A stretch of 18,928 bases of DNA from an uncultured Dictyoglomota bacterium (GCA_964654465.1 CAZZIO010000067.1:1-18928), one strand, 5' to 3'; numbered from the stretch's first letter, positions 1-10,509 are shown. Notes: generated from the sequence alone by a model not told the origin. Translations and numbers: made by a program.

Positions 1-2418
1 GGATGTACATATTCTGCTATAGAAAAGGCAAAAGTTGATATAGATAAAGAATTTACAAAATTAGATTATATAAACCTTGAAAATTTAAAAGATAAATTTA
101 CAGAATACTTATTAAGAAACTTATCCCAATTAGATTCAAAAACATTAGAAAGATTAGAAAAAATATACTATGCTTTTATTGAAAATCTAAAAGAAAGAAG
201 TTTTAAAATATTTATATCAACTTTAAACTGGATTTTAAAAGAGGAAGAACAAGAAGGAAGAAATACAGGTATATTTCAAGATTACATATCTTTATTAAGA
301 AAGTTTTTGTTCTACTATTTAGATGATGAAACTCTTCACTATGCAGAAAATCTCTTGCATCAAGCAAGAGTGTTAATAAGTGATTTTTCCGAAAGATTCC
401 AAGGTTACAGAAGTTATAAAACGGAAGAAAGGATGAATTACCTTACTCAAATAGGAATAAGCTTAACATCAAGTTTTGAAAAGAGAGAAATATTAGAGCA
501 AGCAAAAAATAGTATCATCAACTTAGGAATAAGAAGTTTTTATATTGTTGAGTATAAGGATTCAAAAACTCCTTTAAAAGAGGGAATTTTAGCCTTAGGA
601 TATAAGGATGGAAAAGAAATCATAACTAATGAATCTTTTGATATATATCAAATTATTCCTGATAAATTTTTACCTTCTTACAGAGCAAATTATATTGTAT
701 CTCCTCTATTTTACAAAGAGAACTCTATAGGTTATGCCCTTTTTGAAATAGGGCCCTCAGAAGGTATAGTTTATGAACTTTTAAGAGCACAGCTTAGTGC
801 AGCATTACAAGGTGCAATCATATTTAAAGAAAGAGAAGAGTATGAAAAAAGATTAGAAAGTCACATAAAAGAACTTTCAATACTTAACGACATTGGTAAA
901 AAAATAACATCTGCCCTTGAAGTTGAACTCCTTTGGGATCTAATCATAAAAGAAATATCGAAACTTACTGATTTTGACGCTCTTTATATAGTAAACTGCA
1001 AACAAGAAGATTCTAACTGCAATTTTGAGATTGTAGCAAAAAAAATAAACACAAAAGAAGGAGATCAGATAACAGCTAGTGATAGAAAGAGAATTTTAAA
1101 AATTATAGAAACCAAAAAGTATCTTTTAAAGAAAAGCAAAACCAAAAAGAATAAAGTTTTCTTAGGAATACCTATAACCATAGGAGATAGAGTAATAGGA
1201 GTCGTTATTTTAAAACATCACCAAATAGATGCATATAACGAACATACTATTAGACTACTTTCTACATTGTCAAGTTTTATTGCAATAGCCTTAGAAAATG
1301 CTAAACTATTTGAGGAAACTAAAAAACTTGCAACCACAGATCCTCTAACAGGTATATTAAACAGAAGAGCTTTAGAAGAAACATTCCAGAAAGAATTAAC
1401 AAGGGCTCGAAGATATAATCGTCCTCTTTCTGTGATGATATTAGACATTGATAACTTTAAACTCTTTAATGACACATATGGACATACCTTTGGAGATGAA
1501 GTACTAAAAACGGTAGCGAGTATATTGAAAAAATCCTGTAGAAAAGTAGATATTTTAGGGAGATATGGAGGAGACGAATTCGCTATTATTCTACCCGAAA
1601 CCCCCATAGAAGGTGCAAAAAGGTTGGCAGAAAGAATACTAAATAATCTTAAAAATATACCACTATTAACTCCACAAAATAATAAAATACCATTAAATAT
1701 AAGTATTGGTATAGCATCATACCCCTTTGATACATTGGAACCCGAAAAACTCCTTACATTAGCAGATACTGCCATGTATAAGGCTAAAACTTCCGGAGGT
1801 GGAAGATTTGCTCTACTTTCTTCCTCTGATATTACTCCTCTAAAAGAAGAAATACCTAAATTTGATATTTTCTTAGGTCTTGTAAATGCAATTGATAATA
1901 AAGATAACTATACTTTTACGCATTCTATAGATGTTTCAAAATATGCTAAAAAAATTGGTGAAAAATTAGGGCTTTCTAAAGAAGATCTTGAAATTCTTGA
2001 AATTGCAGGTAAATTACATGATATAGGCAAAATAGGTATACCCTCTGAGATACTCAAAAAGCCTGGACCGTTAACAGAGGAAGAATGGAAAATTATAAAA
2101 GAACATCCAAGACTTGGTTATCTAATACTCAATCAATTACCAAAAATGGAGAAACTTCTACAAGCAATTCTTTATCATCATGAAAGATATGATGGTAAAG
2201 GATATCCCCAAAGTCTTCAAGGAAAAGATATTCCCCTCTTAGCAAGGATTTTAGCAGTTGTTGATGCTTATTCCGCTATGAAATCAGATAGACCATATAG
2301 AAAGGCTCTTTCTAAAAAAGAAATTATAAAAGAGATTAAAAAGAATGCTGGAAGACAATTTGATCCCGAGATTGCAGAGATCTTTGTTGATCTTCTTGAA
2401 AAAGGCGAAATAGATTAA
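1..2418 (+). CDS. Bifunctional c-di-GMP enzyme (sensor region, GAF, GGDEF diguanylate cyclase, HD-GYP phosphodiesterase); 5' end lies outside the window
   Basis: Frame +1 is open from base 1 (GCTYSAIEKAK...) through the listed TTG at 307, so the true start is upstream. GAF-like FLGIPITIGDRVIGV...IAIALENAKLF; TDPLTG; DIDNFKLFNDTYGH; RKVD I-site followed by RYGGDEF; HDIGK and HHERYDGKGYP. Confidence 0.93.
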   Translation, partial: GCTYSAIEKAKVDIDKEFTKLDYINLENLKDKFTEYLLRNLSQLDSKTLERLEKIYYAFIENLKERSFKIFISTLNWILKEEEQEGRNTGIFQDYISLLRKFLFYYLDDETLHYAENLLHQARVLISDFSERFQGYRSYKTEERMNYLTQIGISLTSSFEKREILEQAKNSIINLGIRSFYIVEYKDSKTPLKEGILALGYKDGKEIITNESFDIYQIIPDKFLPSYRANYIVSPLFYKENSIGYALFEIGPSEGIVYELLRAQLSAALQGAIIFKEREEYEKRLESHIKELSILNDIGKKITSALEVELLWDLIIKEISKLTDFDALYIVNCKQEDSNCNFEIVAKKINTKEGDQITASDRKRILKIIETKKYLLKKSKTKKNKVFLGIPITIGDRVIGVVILKHHQIDAYNEHTIRLLSTLSSFIAIALENAKLFEETKKLATTDPLTGILNRRALEETFQKELTRARRYNRPLSVMILDIDNFKLFNDTYGHTFGDEVLKTVASILKKSCRKVDILGRYGGDEFAIILPETPIEGAKRLAERILNNLKNIPLLTPQNNKIPLNISIGIASYPFDTLEPEKLLTLADTAMYKAKTSGGGRFALLSSSDITPLKEEIPKFDIFLGLVNAIDNKDNYTFTHSIDVSKYAKKIGEKLGLSKEDLEILEIAGKLHDIGKIGIPSEILKKPGPLTEEEWKIIKEHPRLGYLILNQLPKMEKLLQAILYHHERYDGKGYPQSLQGKDIPLLARILAVVDAYSAMKSDRPYRKALSKKEIIKEIKKNAGRQFDPEIAEIFVDLLEKGEID

Positions 2419-2439
2419 ATATTTGAAAATTATTTTAGA

Positions 2440-2468
2440 TTGTAAATTTTATCTTTAAGCAATATAAT
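2440..2468 (+). promoter_or_regulatory. Putative sigma70-type promoter for the ADH gene
   Basis: TTGTAA (2440-2445), 17-nt spacer, TATAAT (2463-2468). GGAGG RBS at 2491-2495 precedes ATG 2503. Confidence 0.6.
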
Positions 2469-2502
2469 TTTCTAAAATCTTAAACCGAAAGGAGGACTAA
2501 AA

Positions 2503-3660
2503 ATGAGAAATTTTGTTTTTCATAATCCTACAAAAATTATATTTGGAGTAGATACCACTGAGGATGTAGGAAAAGAAGCAAAAAATTATGGAAAAAGAAT
2601 TCTTCTTGTAATAGGACAAGGAAGTGTAAAAAAAATAGGACTTTATGATAGAGTTGTCAAACGCCTAAAGGAAGAGGGCTTAGAAATTTTTGAGTTGGAG
2701 GGAGTTAAACCAAATCCAAGAGTAGACTTAGTAAGAAAAGGAATAAATATGGTAAGAGAGAATAATATTGATCTACTCTTAGCTGTTGGTGGTGGTAGTG
2801 TTATCGACACTGCTAAAGCTATAGCTGCAGGTTTAACCTATGAAGGAGATGTTTGGGATCTATTTAAGTATAGGAAGCCTATAAAACCTACAATACCTAT
2901 TGGTGTAGTACTTACCCTTGCAGCTACAGGATCAGAAATGAATGGAAATGCAGTAATATCCAATTTAGAAACTCAAGAAAAATTAGCTATTTCAAGCCCT
3001 TATATTTATCCCAAATTCTCTATATTAGATCCTAAAAATACTGCTTCCGTTCCTCTTAACCATACCCTTTATGGTATTGTAGATATCCTCTCTCATGTAT
3101 TTGAACAATATTTTGATAGGGTTGATGATGCTATTTTACAAGATAGATTTGCAGAAGCAATAATGAAAACTGTAATAGAAACAACCCCCAAAATTATTGA
3201 AAATCCAGAAGATCTCAACGCAAGGGCAACCATACTATGGTGCGGTACAAATGCCCTAAATGGAATAATCGGTGCTGGAAAGGAACAAGACTGGGCAACC
3301 CATGCTATTGAACATGCTATATCTGCCATATATGATATACCCCATGGCTTAGGTCTTGCTATTGTCTTTCCTCATTGGATGAAATATGTATTAGATGTGA
3401 TACCTCACAAATTCGCTAATTTTGCAAGAAATGTTTGGGGTATAACAGGAGATGATGATTTTGAAGTAGGGTTAAAAGGGATTGAAAGATTAATTGATTT
3501 CTACGAAAGTATAGGTGTACCCACAAAACTTTCAAAAGTAGGAATAAATGATGAAAAACTTGAAGAAATGGCAGAAAAAGCAACTCAATTTGGACCTATT
3601 GGTAATACAAAAAAATTAACAAAAGAAGATGTTTATAAAATTTTACAAATGTGTCTATAA
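2503..3660 (+). CDS. Iron-containing alcohol dehydrogenase (BdhA/BdhB, YugJ/YqhD-like butanol dehydrogenase family)
   Basis: MRNFVFHNPTKIIFG N-terminus; LAVGGGSVIDTAK; TLAATGSEMN; metal ligands in D-x3-H, HAIEH and PHG; strong RBS. Confidence 0.93.
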   Translation: MRNFVFHNPTKIIFGVDTTEDVGKEAKNYGKRILLVIGQGSVKKIGLYDRVVKRLKEEGLEIFELEGVKPNPRVDLVRKGINMVRENNIDLLLAVGGGSVIDTAKAIAAGLTYEGDVWDLFKYRKPIKPTIPIGVVLTLAATGSEMNGNAVISNLETQEKLAISSPYIYPKFSILDPKNTASVPLNHTLYGIVDILSHVFEQYFDRVDDAILQDRFAEAIMKTVIETTPKIIENPEDLNARATILWCGTNALNGIIGAGKEQDWATHAIEHAISAIYDIPHGLGLAIVFPHWMKYVLDVIPHKFANFARNVWGITGDDDFEVGLKGIERLIDFYESIGVPTKLSKVGINDEKLEEMAEKATQFGPIGNTKKLTKEDVYKILQMCL

Positions 3661-3664
3661 ACTA

Positions 3665-3694
3665 TTGACAATCTTAACTTTCTATTGTTAGCAT
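3665..3694 (+). promoter_or_regulatory. Putative promoter for the ilvD-metE-mannosidase run
   Basis: Perfect TTGACA (3665-3670), 18-nt spacer ending in TG-N, then TAGCAT (3689-3694). AGGAGG RBS near 3712. Confidence 0.5.
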
Positions 3695-3725
3695 TATCAA
3701 AAGGTTATTTTAGGAGGTAGAAGAA

Positions 3726-5405
3726 ATGAGAAGTGATGCAGTAAAGAAAGGTATAGAAAGAGCTCCTCATAGATCTCTTTTCTACGCAATGGGATATACT
3801 AAGGATGAATTAGAAAAACCTCTTATTGGAGTTGTTAACTCAGGAAATGAAATGATACCAGGACATATCCATTTAGATATGATTACCCAAGCAGTAAAAT
3901 ATGGAATTTTAGAAGCTGGCGGAACCCCAATGGAATTCAGAGTCATTGGTATATGCGATGGTATTGCAATGGGACATAAAGGTATGAAATATTCTCTCGC
4001 CAGCAGAGAATTAATAGCAGATTCAATAGAAGCTATGGTAGAAGCCTACCAGTTAGATGGAATTATACTTATAACCAACTGTGACAAGATTGTACCCGGA
4101 ATGCTTATGGCTGCAGCAAGATTAAACCTACCTTCTATTATTTTAAGTGGTGGACCTATGCTTGCTGGAAGATGGCAAGGTAAAGATGTAGATTTAATTA
4201 GTATTTTTGAAGGTATAGGACAAGTAAAGGCAGGAAACTTAAAAGAAGAAGACTTGCTTGATTTAGAACAATATGCCTGTCCAGGATGTGGTTCCTGCTC
4301 TGGAATGTTTACTGCAAACACTATGAATTGTCTATCTGAAGCTCTTGGCATAGCTTTACCTTTTAATGGTACTTTACCTGCTGCTTTTGATGGATTAAGA
4401 AAAAGATTATCAAAAGAAGCTGGGAAGAGAATAGTGGAATTAGTAAAAGCAGGAATAAAAGCAAGAGATATATTAACAAAAGAAGCCTTTGAAAATGCTA
4501 TTGCTGTAGATATGGCTTTGGGAGGTTCCACCAATACAGTTTTACATCTATTAGCAATTGCAAAAGAGGCAAAAATAGATTTACCTCTTGATACTTTCCA
4601 AAAAATTAGTGAAAAAACACCCAATATATGTAAGTTAAGTCCTGCATCCTCTCAACATATTCAAGATTTACATGAGGCAGGAGGAATACCAGCAGTAATG
4701 AAAGAACTTTTGAAGGGTAATCTATTACATCCCAATGCCATAACAGTTTCAGGTAAAACCATTGGAGAAATTGCAGAATCTGCAGTTATTAGAGATAGAA
4801 ATGTGATAAGATCCTTAGAAAATCCATATGCCTCTGATGGTGGACTTTCTATACTATATGGAAATTTAGCCCCAGAAGGTGCAGTAGTTAAAAAATCTGC
4901 GGTAAGCCCTAAGATGTTAAAACATACAGGGCCTGCAAGGGTATTTAATAGTGAGGAAGAAGCCATAAAAGAGATTTACGCGGGCAAAATCAATAAAGGA
5001 GATGTGGTAATTATAAGATATGAGGGCCCAAAAGGAGGGCCTGGAATGAGAGAAATGTTAAGTCCCACTTCTGCATTAGCAGGAATGGGACTTGATGAAG
5101 ATGTGGCATTAATAACCGACGGTAGATTCTCAGGAGGAAGCAGAGGAGCAGCCATAGGACATGTATCCCCTGAAGCTGCTGAGGGTGGACCTATAGCTCT
5201 CCTTAAAGATGGAGATATTATTGAAATAGATATACCGAATAGAAAAATAAATGTGAAATTATCTCAAGAAGAATTAGAAGAAAGAAAGAAAGAATGGAAA
5301 CCTATTAAAAGAGAGATTGAGTTTAGCTACTTAAGACGTTATGCTGCTTTAGTAACATCTGCAAGCCAAGGAGCAGTATTAAAAGATATATATGGAGACA
5401 ATTAA
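3726..5405 (+). CDS. ilvD: Dihydroxy-acid dehydratase
   Basis: [93 protein letters not shown]-terminal PGHIH resembles the E. coli type, which lacks the PCN cysteine. Confidence 0.96.
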   Translation: MRSDAVKKGIERAPHRSLFYAMGYTKDELEKPLIGVVNSGNEMIPGHIHLDMITQAVKYGILEAGGTPMEFRVIGICDGIAMGHKGMKYSLASRELIADSIEAMVEAYQLDGIILITNCDKIVPGMLMAAARLNLPSIILSGGPMLAGRWQGKDVDLISIFEGIGQVKAGNLKEEDLLDLEQYACPGCGSCSGMFTANTMNCLSEALGIALPFNGTLPAAFDGLRKRLSKEAGKRIVELVKAGIKARDILTKEAFENAIAVDMALGGSTNTVLHLLAIAKEAKIDLPLDTFQKISEKTPNICKLSPASSQHIQDLHEAGGIPAVMKELLKGNLLHPNAITVSGKTIGEIAESAVIRDRNVIRSLENPYASDGGLSILYGNLAPEGAVVKKSAVSPKMLKHTGPARVFNSEEEAIKEIYAGKINKGDVVIIRYEGPKGGPGMREMLSPTSALAGMGLDEDVALITDGRFSGGSRGAAIGHVSPEAAEGGPIALLKDGDIIEIDIPNRKINVKLSQEELEERKKEWKPIKREIEFSYLRRYAALVTSASQGAVLKDIYGDN

Positions 5406-5423
5406 TAGTAAGGAGGTTTAAAG

Positions 5424-6401
5424 ATGATAATTACGGTTGTAGATCATTATCCTAAAATACCAAATCCCCCAAGAGAACCAAAATTAAGGAAAGCAATTCA
5501 TGCTTATGATCAAGGAAAGATTACAAAGGAAGAATTAGAGAAAATTTTTGATGAAGTAACAAAAGAAGTAATTGAAGAACAAATAAGTGCAGGAGTAGAG
5601 CTTATTACAGATGGTCAGATAAGATGGGAGGATGGTCAAAGTTATATAGCCAAAAAACTTGATGGTATCGAAATAGGAGGATTATTTAGATATTTTGATA
5701 ATAATACCTACTATAGACAACCAATCATAAAAGACGAAATAAAATGGAGAGAACCTATCATACTTAATGATTGGAAAAAAGCTCAAGAGTGGGCAGGTAA
5801 TATTCCTGTTAAGGCAGTTCTAACAGGCCCATATACTATTGCAAGATTAAGTAGAGATGAGTATTATAAGGATTTAGAGAAATTAACAAAAGCATATGTA
5901 AAAGCATTAATTGAAGAAGTAAAGTTATTAGAAGAAAATAAGGTTAAATATCTCCAGTTTAACGAACCTTCTATTCAATACTATCCAGAAGATTTTGATC
6001 TTCTCCTAGAAATATACAAGGAAATTAGAAAATATTTTTCAGGAAAATTAGCTATATATACATACTTTCATACAGTCTTATCTTTAAAAGACAGAATAAA
6101 AGATTTACCAATTGATATATTTGGAATAGATTTTGTATCAAGAAAAGAGAATTTTGAGATACTAAAAGATTTTCCCAAAAATATTGGCTTAGGCTATGGC
6201 ATAGTTGATGCAAGAAATACAAAATTAGAAACACCTGATCAAATCGCCCAATTAATAAAACAAGCTCTAAACTACGTAGAAGATAAAAATCTCTATATTA
6301 GCCCAAGCGCTGGGCTTGAATATTTACCAAGAGAAAGAGCATATGAAAAATTGGTAAATTTAGCTAAAGGAGTAAACTTAGTAAGAGGTGAGAAAAAATG
6401 A
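5424..6401 (+). CDS. Cobalamin-independent methionine synthase, N-terminal-like (non-zinc) half of a split MetE
   Basis: MetE-barrel motifs ITDGQIRW, RYFDNNTYYRQP, LTGPYT, QFNEP, TYF, GIVDARN. Zinc ligands are absent (YTY in place of HxC, PSAGL in place of PDCGL). AGGAGG RBS near 5411. Confidence 0.85.
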   Translation: MIITVVDHYPKIPNPPREPKLRKAIHAYDQGKITKEELEKIFDEVTKEVIEEQISAGVELITDGQIRWEDGQSYIAKKLDGIEIGGLFRYFDNNTYYRQPIIKDEIKWREPIILNDWKKAQEWAGNIPVKAVLTGPYTIARLSRDEYYKDLEKLTKAYVKALIEEVKLLEENKVKYLQFNEPSIQYYPEDFDLLLEIYKEIRKYFSGKLAIYTYFHTVLSLKDRIKDLPIDIFGIDFVSRKENFEILKDFPKNIGLGYGIVDARNTKLETPDQIAQLIKQALNYVEDKNLYISPSAGLEYLPRERAYEKLVNLAKGVNLVRGEKK

Positions 6402-7426
6402 AAGAAATAAAACTTCCCATACTTCCCACAACAAGTGTTGGTAGTTTTCCCAAACCAGACTATCTCGTCAAAGCAAGAAATCAATACTCAAAAGGTCAAA
6501 TTCCCTACTCTACTCTTCATGAGTTAGAGCTCAAGGCTACAGAAGAGGTTATTAAAATGCAAGAAGAAATAGGCGTAGACATATTAGTACATGGAGAAAT
6601 GGAAAGAGGAGATATGGCCACGTATTTTGCAGAAAATTTAGAAGGCTTTACTATAAGTGGTCTTGTCAGATCATACGGAAACAGATACTATAAAAAACCA
6701 ATTGTAATAGGTAAAATTAAAAGAACAAAACCCATAACAGTAGATATGTTTAAGTTTGCCCAAAGTCTAACTAAAAAGCCTGTAAAAGGAATGTTAACAG
6801 GTCCATATACAATAGCAGATTGGTCCTTTAATGAATATTATGAAAATAAGAGAGATTTAGTTTTAGACCTTGCAGAAGTAATAAATCAAGAAGCATTAGA
6901 TTTAGAGAAGGCTGGAGCATTATTTGTACAGATTGATGAACCTGCTGTCCCTACCCATCCTGAAGAAATCCATATAGCAAAAGAAGCCTTTCAAGTTTCT
7001 ACCAGAGGTTTAAGAAGCTTTATAATTACTCACATATGTTATGGAGATTTCAGACCAATATGGAAAGAAATAATAAATTTCCCTGTACACCAATTTGACT
7101 TAGAATTTACAAATAATGCAGACAAACTTTATCCGCTAATAGAAAATGCAGGATTTCCACCCGATAAATATATTGCAGTAGGAGTTATAGATGTCCATAC
7201 CCATAAAATAGAGAGTGTAGATGAGATAAAGCAAAGAATAAGGGAAGCTCTTAAGCATTTTCACCCTGAACAAGTATTCATAGATCCTGATTGTGGATTA
7301 AAGACAAGAACCTGGGAAGAAGCAAGAGCAAAAATGGAAAATATGGTAAAAGCAGTCAATGAGATAAGAGAAGAACTTATAAAACAAGGCTATCCATCAG
7401 AAATTACTATTAAATTAGAACTATGA
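6398..7426 (+). CDS. metE: Cobalamin-independent methionine synthase, catalytic zinc-binding half
   Basis: PTTSVGSFP; LVHGEMERGDM; KGMLTGPYTI; QIDEPA; zinc ligands in HICYG, LEF and PDCGLKT. ATGA overlap with the upstream gene at 6398-6401. Confidence 0.9.
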   Translation: MKEIKLPILPTTSVGSFPKPDYLVKARNQYSKGQIPYSTLHELELKATEEVIKMQEEIGVDILVHGEMERGDMATYFAENLEGFTISGLVRSYGNRYYKKPIVIGKIKRTKPITVDMFKFAQSLTKKPVKGMLTGPYTIADWSFNEYYENKRDLVLDLAEVINQEALDLEKAGALFVQIDEPAVPTHPEEIHIAKEAFQVSTRGLRSFIITHICYGDFRPIWKEIINFPVHQFDLEFTNNADKLYPLIENAGFPPDKYIAVGVIDVHTHKIESVDEIKQRIREALKHFHPEQVFIDPDCGLKTRTWEEARAKMENMVKAVNEIREELIKQGYPSEITIKLEL

Positions 7427-10400
7427 GAAAATACCTCTTAGAGCAATGGAATTTTTGGCTTGATGAAATATATGCCTATTCAATAATTAACAAGTTCATA
7501 CTTGATGAATGGTATTTTACTGATTCTAAAGAAAAACTAAATGATAAAGATTTAGAGATTATTAAATTAGGGGAGAGATGGAAAAAAATATCTCTCCCTG
7601 TTTATTTCAGAAAGAAGATAAGTCTTCCAAAAGATTTTGAAAAATCCTCCCTTTACATCTTCTTAGATGTAGGTGGAGAAGCCTTTCTATTTATAAATGG
7701 TACACCATATGCTGGTATAAACCAATATCATAAGGAACATAAAATACCCTATTTCGAGGAGTTGGATATTATTATTGAAGCTGTACCTAAGGGATTATTT
7801 GGCCAACACCAATATAATCCAGTACTCAATGAAGCCTTCATATTTCAAAAAGATGAAGAAATCTATAAAGCATGGCTTATCTTCAGTATTATAAGAGAAT
7901 TTGCCCTTTATTTAGAGAATATAAACCAAGATCTACAACAAAAAATAGAGATTATACTTGAAGAAACCCTTGGAAAGATAAAACTGATAAGTAGTAATGA
8001 AAAATTCTTGGAAAAAATTCAAAACACAAAATTTACCATGGATATTTTGAAAAATTTATGGAGTATGCCAGAATTTCCAAAGACAGAAACACCTATACCT
8101 TATAAACTAAAAGAAGAAATAATATCACAAGCTTACGAAGCTCTCAAAAAAGTCAGAAACCTAAAAAAGAAATATCCAAATATAGGAGAATATTATGCTG
8201 TAGGACATTCTCATATAGATTATGCTTGGCTCTGGCCAAGAGAAGAAACTATAAGAAAAGCCCAAAGAACTTTTTCCACTATCCTTCAACTTATGGATCT
8301 TTATCCAGATTTCAAATTCTTACAGAGTAGTGCCCAAATCTATAAAGATATAAAAGAAAATAACATTTTCCTTTTCCAAAAAATAAAAGAAAAAGTTATG
8401 AAAGAACAATGGATAGTAGAAGGAGGAATGTGGGTAGAATGCGACTCTCAACTCCCATCAGGAGAAGCCTTAGTAAGACAGTTTTTATATGCCCAAAAAT
8501 TCTTTGAAAAAGAATTTCAAAAAACATGTAAAATAGCATGGCTTCCAGATACCTTTGGTTTCAATCCTAATTTACCTCAAATTCTTAAAAAATCAGATAT
8601 TGAATATTTTGTAACCACAAAACTTTCATGGAACGAAACTAATCTATTTCCTTATGATTTATTCCTTTGGAAAGGGATTGATGGAACTAGAATAATTGCT
8701 CATATATATGCCAGATATGGTGGCTATAATGGATCAACAGAAATAAAAGAAATTATAGAAAATTATAGAAATTATCAACAGAGAAATTTATCAGAAAGAA
8801 TGATCTATACTTTTGGATATGGTGATGGTGGTGGTGGACCTACTTATGAAATGATAGAAAGATTAAATATAATGAAAGATTTACCATTTATTCCAGATAT
8901 AAAATTTGAAAATCCTATAAAATTTCTTGAAGAGATATCTAAAGAAAAACTTCCTGTATATTATGGAGATCTATATCTTGAACTCCACAGGGGGACCTTT
9001 ACAACCCAAGGAAGAACCAAAAAACTTCACAGATTAGCAGAAAATTACCTTTTCACCCTCGAAAGTCTATCTGTTATCTTAAACATTGTGAAAGATCTAC
9101 CATACCCTTATGAAAAGCTCACTCAACTCTGGGAAAAGCTATTAAGAAATGAATTTCATGATATACTACCCGGATCTTCAATAAAAGAAGTTTATGAGGA
9201 TACTGAAAAAGAGCTAAAAGAAATATTAGATGCTAAATTAGATATTAAAGAAGATAGTTCTCAAAAGAAAATTATTATCTATAATCCTACCTCTTTCCCT
9301 CAAGAATTAAAAACAGAATTAGAAATGAAAGATATGGAAGGATTTCATTATAAAGATACAGAGATACCAATTCAAAAAACAGATAAAGGAGTATTCCTTT
9401 ATTCAAAAAATATAACCATACCACCCTTAAGTTTAATTACTTTAAATATTAAAAAAGAAAATAATAATTTAACATATAATACTGATCTTCAAGCTTATAA
9501 TAATGTCTTAGAAAACTCATTAATAAGACTGAAAGTAAATGAAGATGGCTCTTTCCAGGTACTATATAAAGAGAAAAATAAAAATCTCTTTGTTGATAAA
9601 GGTAATATAATTATTGCCTACTCTGATAGACCAAGAAATTGGGAAGCCTGGGATATCCCATTAGAGTATGAGAAATATGGCGAGGAGCTCAGGGCTGAAA
9701 AAATTGAATTAACTGAAAGAGGCCCATTAAGAGGAAAAATTAAAGTAATAAGAAAGTATAGAAATTCGGAAATAATTCAATACTATACCCTCCATTCATT
9801 CTCACAAAGAATAGACATAGAAACAGAAATAAAATGGAATGAAAAAAGAGTAATGTTAAGAGCATATTTCCCATTTGATCTACTATCACCATTTGTAACC
9901 TATGAAGTTCCCTATGGGACATATACAAAACCTACTCATAAAAATACTTCATGGGAAAAAGCCCAATTTGAAATACCAGTACACAGATTTATAGATTTAT
10001 CGCAAGGAGATTTTGGTGTAAGTATTTTAAACAATGGAAAATATGGACATAGCGTTAATGAAAATATTATAGGAATAACCTTATTGCGATCGCCCTTTTC
10101 TCCTGACTATACAGCTGATCTTGGAAACCATAACTTTACTTATTCCATTCTACCCCACAAAGGAACCCTGGGAGAAAAGACTTTAAAAGAAGCTGAAGAA
10201 TTGAATAAAACCCTTATCCCTATAATAGGTAATTTTTCAATTGAAGATGTGTCTATTTTAAGCTGGGATAAAAATAACATAATTATTGGTGCTTTAAAAC
10301 AATCAGAAGATCACAAAGGATTGATATTAAGATTTGCAGAATATTTAGGCAAAGAAGAAATCATTAATTTCAAATTTAATTTTCCAGTAAAAAAGATATA

Positions 10401-10509
10401 TGAAACAAATCTTTTAGAGAAAGAATATAGTGAATTAAACTTGAAAAATCAGATCTTAGAAATAAAAGTTAAACCTTTTGAAATAAAAACCTTGAAAATA
10501 ATTTATTGA
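7423..10509 (+). CDS. Alpha-mannosidase, glycoside hydrolase family 38 (cytoplasmic)
   Basis: GHSHIDYAWLW; GGMWVE; WLPDTFG (nucleophile Asp); GYGDGGGGP; LYLELHRGT; FHDILPGSSI; SWEKAQFE. No signal peptide. ATGA overlap with metE at 7423-7426. Confidence 0.95.
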   Translation: MRKYLLEQWNFWLDEIYAYSIINKFILDEWYFTDSKEKLNDKDLEIIKLGERWKKISLPVYFRKKISLPKDFEKSSLYIFLDVGGEAFLFINGTPYAGINQYHKEHKIPYFEELDIIIEAVPKGLFGQHQYNPVLNEAFIFQKDEEIYKAWLIFSIIREFALYLENINQDLQQKIEIILEETLGKIKLISSNEKFLEKIQNTKFTMDILKNLWSMPEFPKTETPIPYKLKEEIISQAYEALKKVRNLKKKYPNIGEYYAVGHSHIDYAWLWPREETIRKAQRTFSTILQLMDLYPDFKFLQSSAQIYKDIKENNIFLFQKIKEKVMKEQWIVEGGMWVECDSQLPSGEALVRQFLYAQKFFEKEFQKTCKIAWLPDTFGFNPNLPQILKKSDIEYFVTTKLSWNETNLFPYDLFLWKGIDGTRIIAHIYARYGGYNGSTEIKEIIENYRNYQQRNLSERMIYTFGYGDGGGGPTYEMIERLNIMKDLPFIPDIKFENPIKFLEEISKEKLPVYYGDLYLELHRGTFTTQGRTKKLHRLAENYLFTLESLSVILNIVKDLPYPYEKLTQLWEKLLRNEFHDILPGSSIKEVYEDTEKELKEILDAKLDIKEDSSQKKIIIYNPTSFPQELKTELEMKDMEGFHYKDTEIPIQKTDKGVFLYSKNITIPPLSLITLNIKKENNNLTYNTDLQAYNNVLENSLIRLKVNEDGSFQVLYKEKNKNLFVDKGNIIIAYSDRPRNWEAWDIPLEYEKYGEELRAEKIELTERGPLRGKIKVIRKYRNSEIIQYYTLHSFSQRIDIETEIKWNEKRVMLRAYFPFDLLSPFVTYEVPYGTYTKPTHKNTSWEKAQFEIPVHRFIDLSQGDFGVSILNNGKYGHSVNENIIGITLLRSPFSPDYTADLGNHNFTYSILPHKGTLGEKTLKEAEELNKTLIPIIGNFSIEDVSILSWDKNNIIIGALKQSEDHKGLILRFAEYLGKEEIINFKFNFPVKKIYETNLLEKEYSELNLKNQILEIKVKPFEIKTLKIIY

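Noticed and set aside
307..309. TTG start given by the ORF track for the first gene
   Set aside because: The frame is open back to base 1 with protein-like sequence and there is no RBS at 307.
1218..1775. Minus-strand 185-aa ORF, and similar track ORFs at 3093-3329, 4046-4624, 4661-4966, 6052-6234, 6293-6484, 9740-9928, 11967-12200, 12820-13008, 13032-13238 and 17133-17369
   Set aside because: All lie antisense within well-supported genes and have no recognisable motifs; they are shadow ORFs.
2421..2478. Weak palindromes upstream of the ADH gene (possible Rex operator; ATTTTAGA...TCTAAAAT)
   Set aside because: Too many mismatches and too AT-rich to separate from chance.
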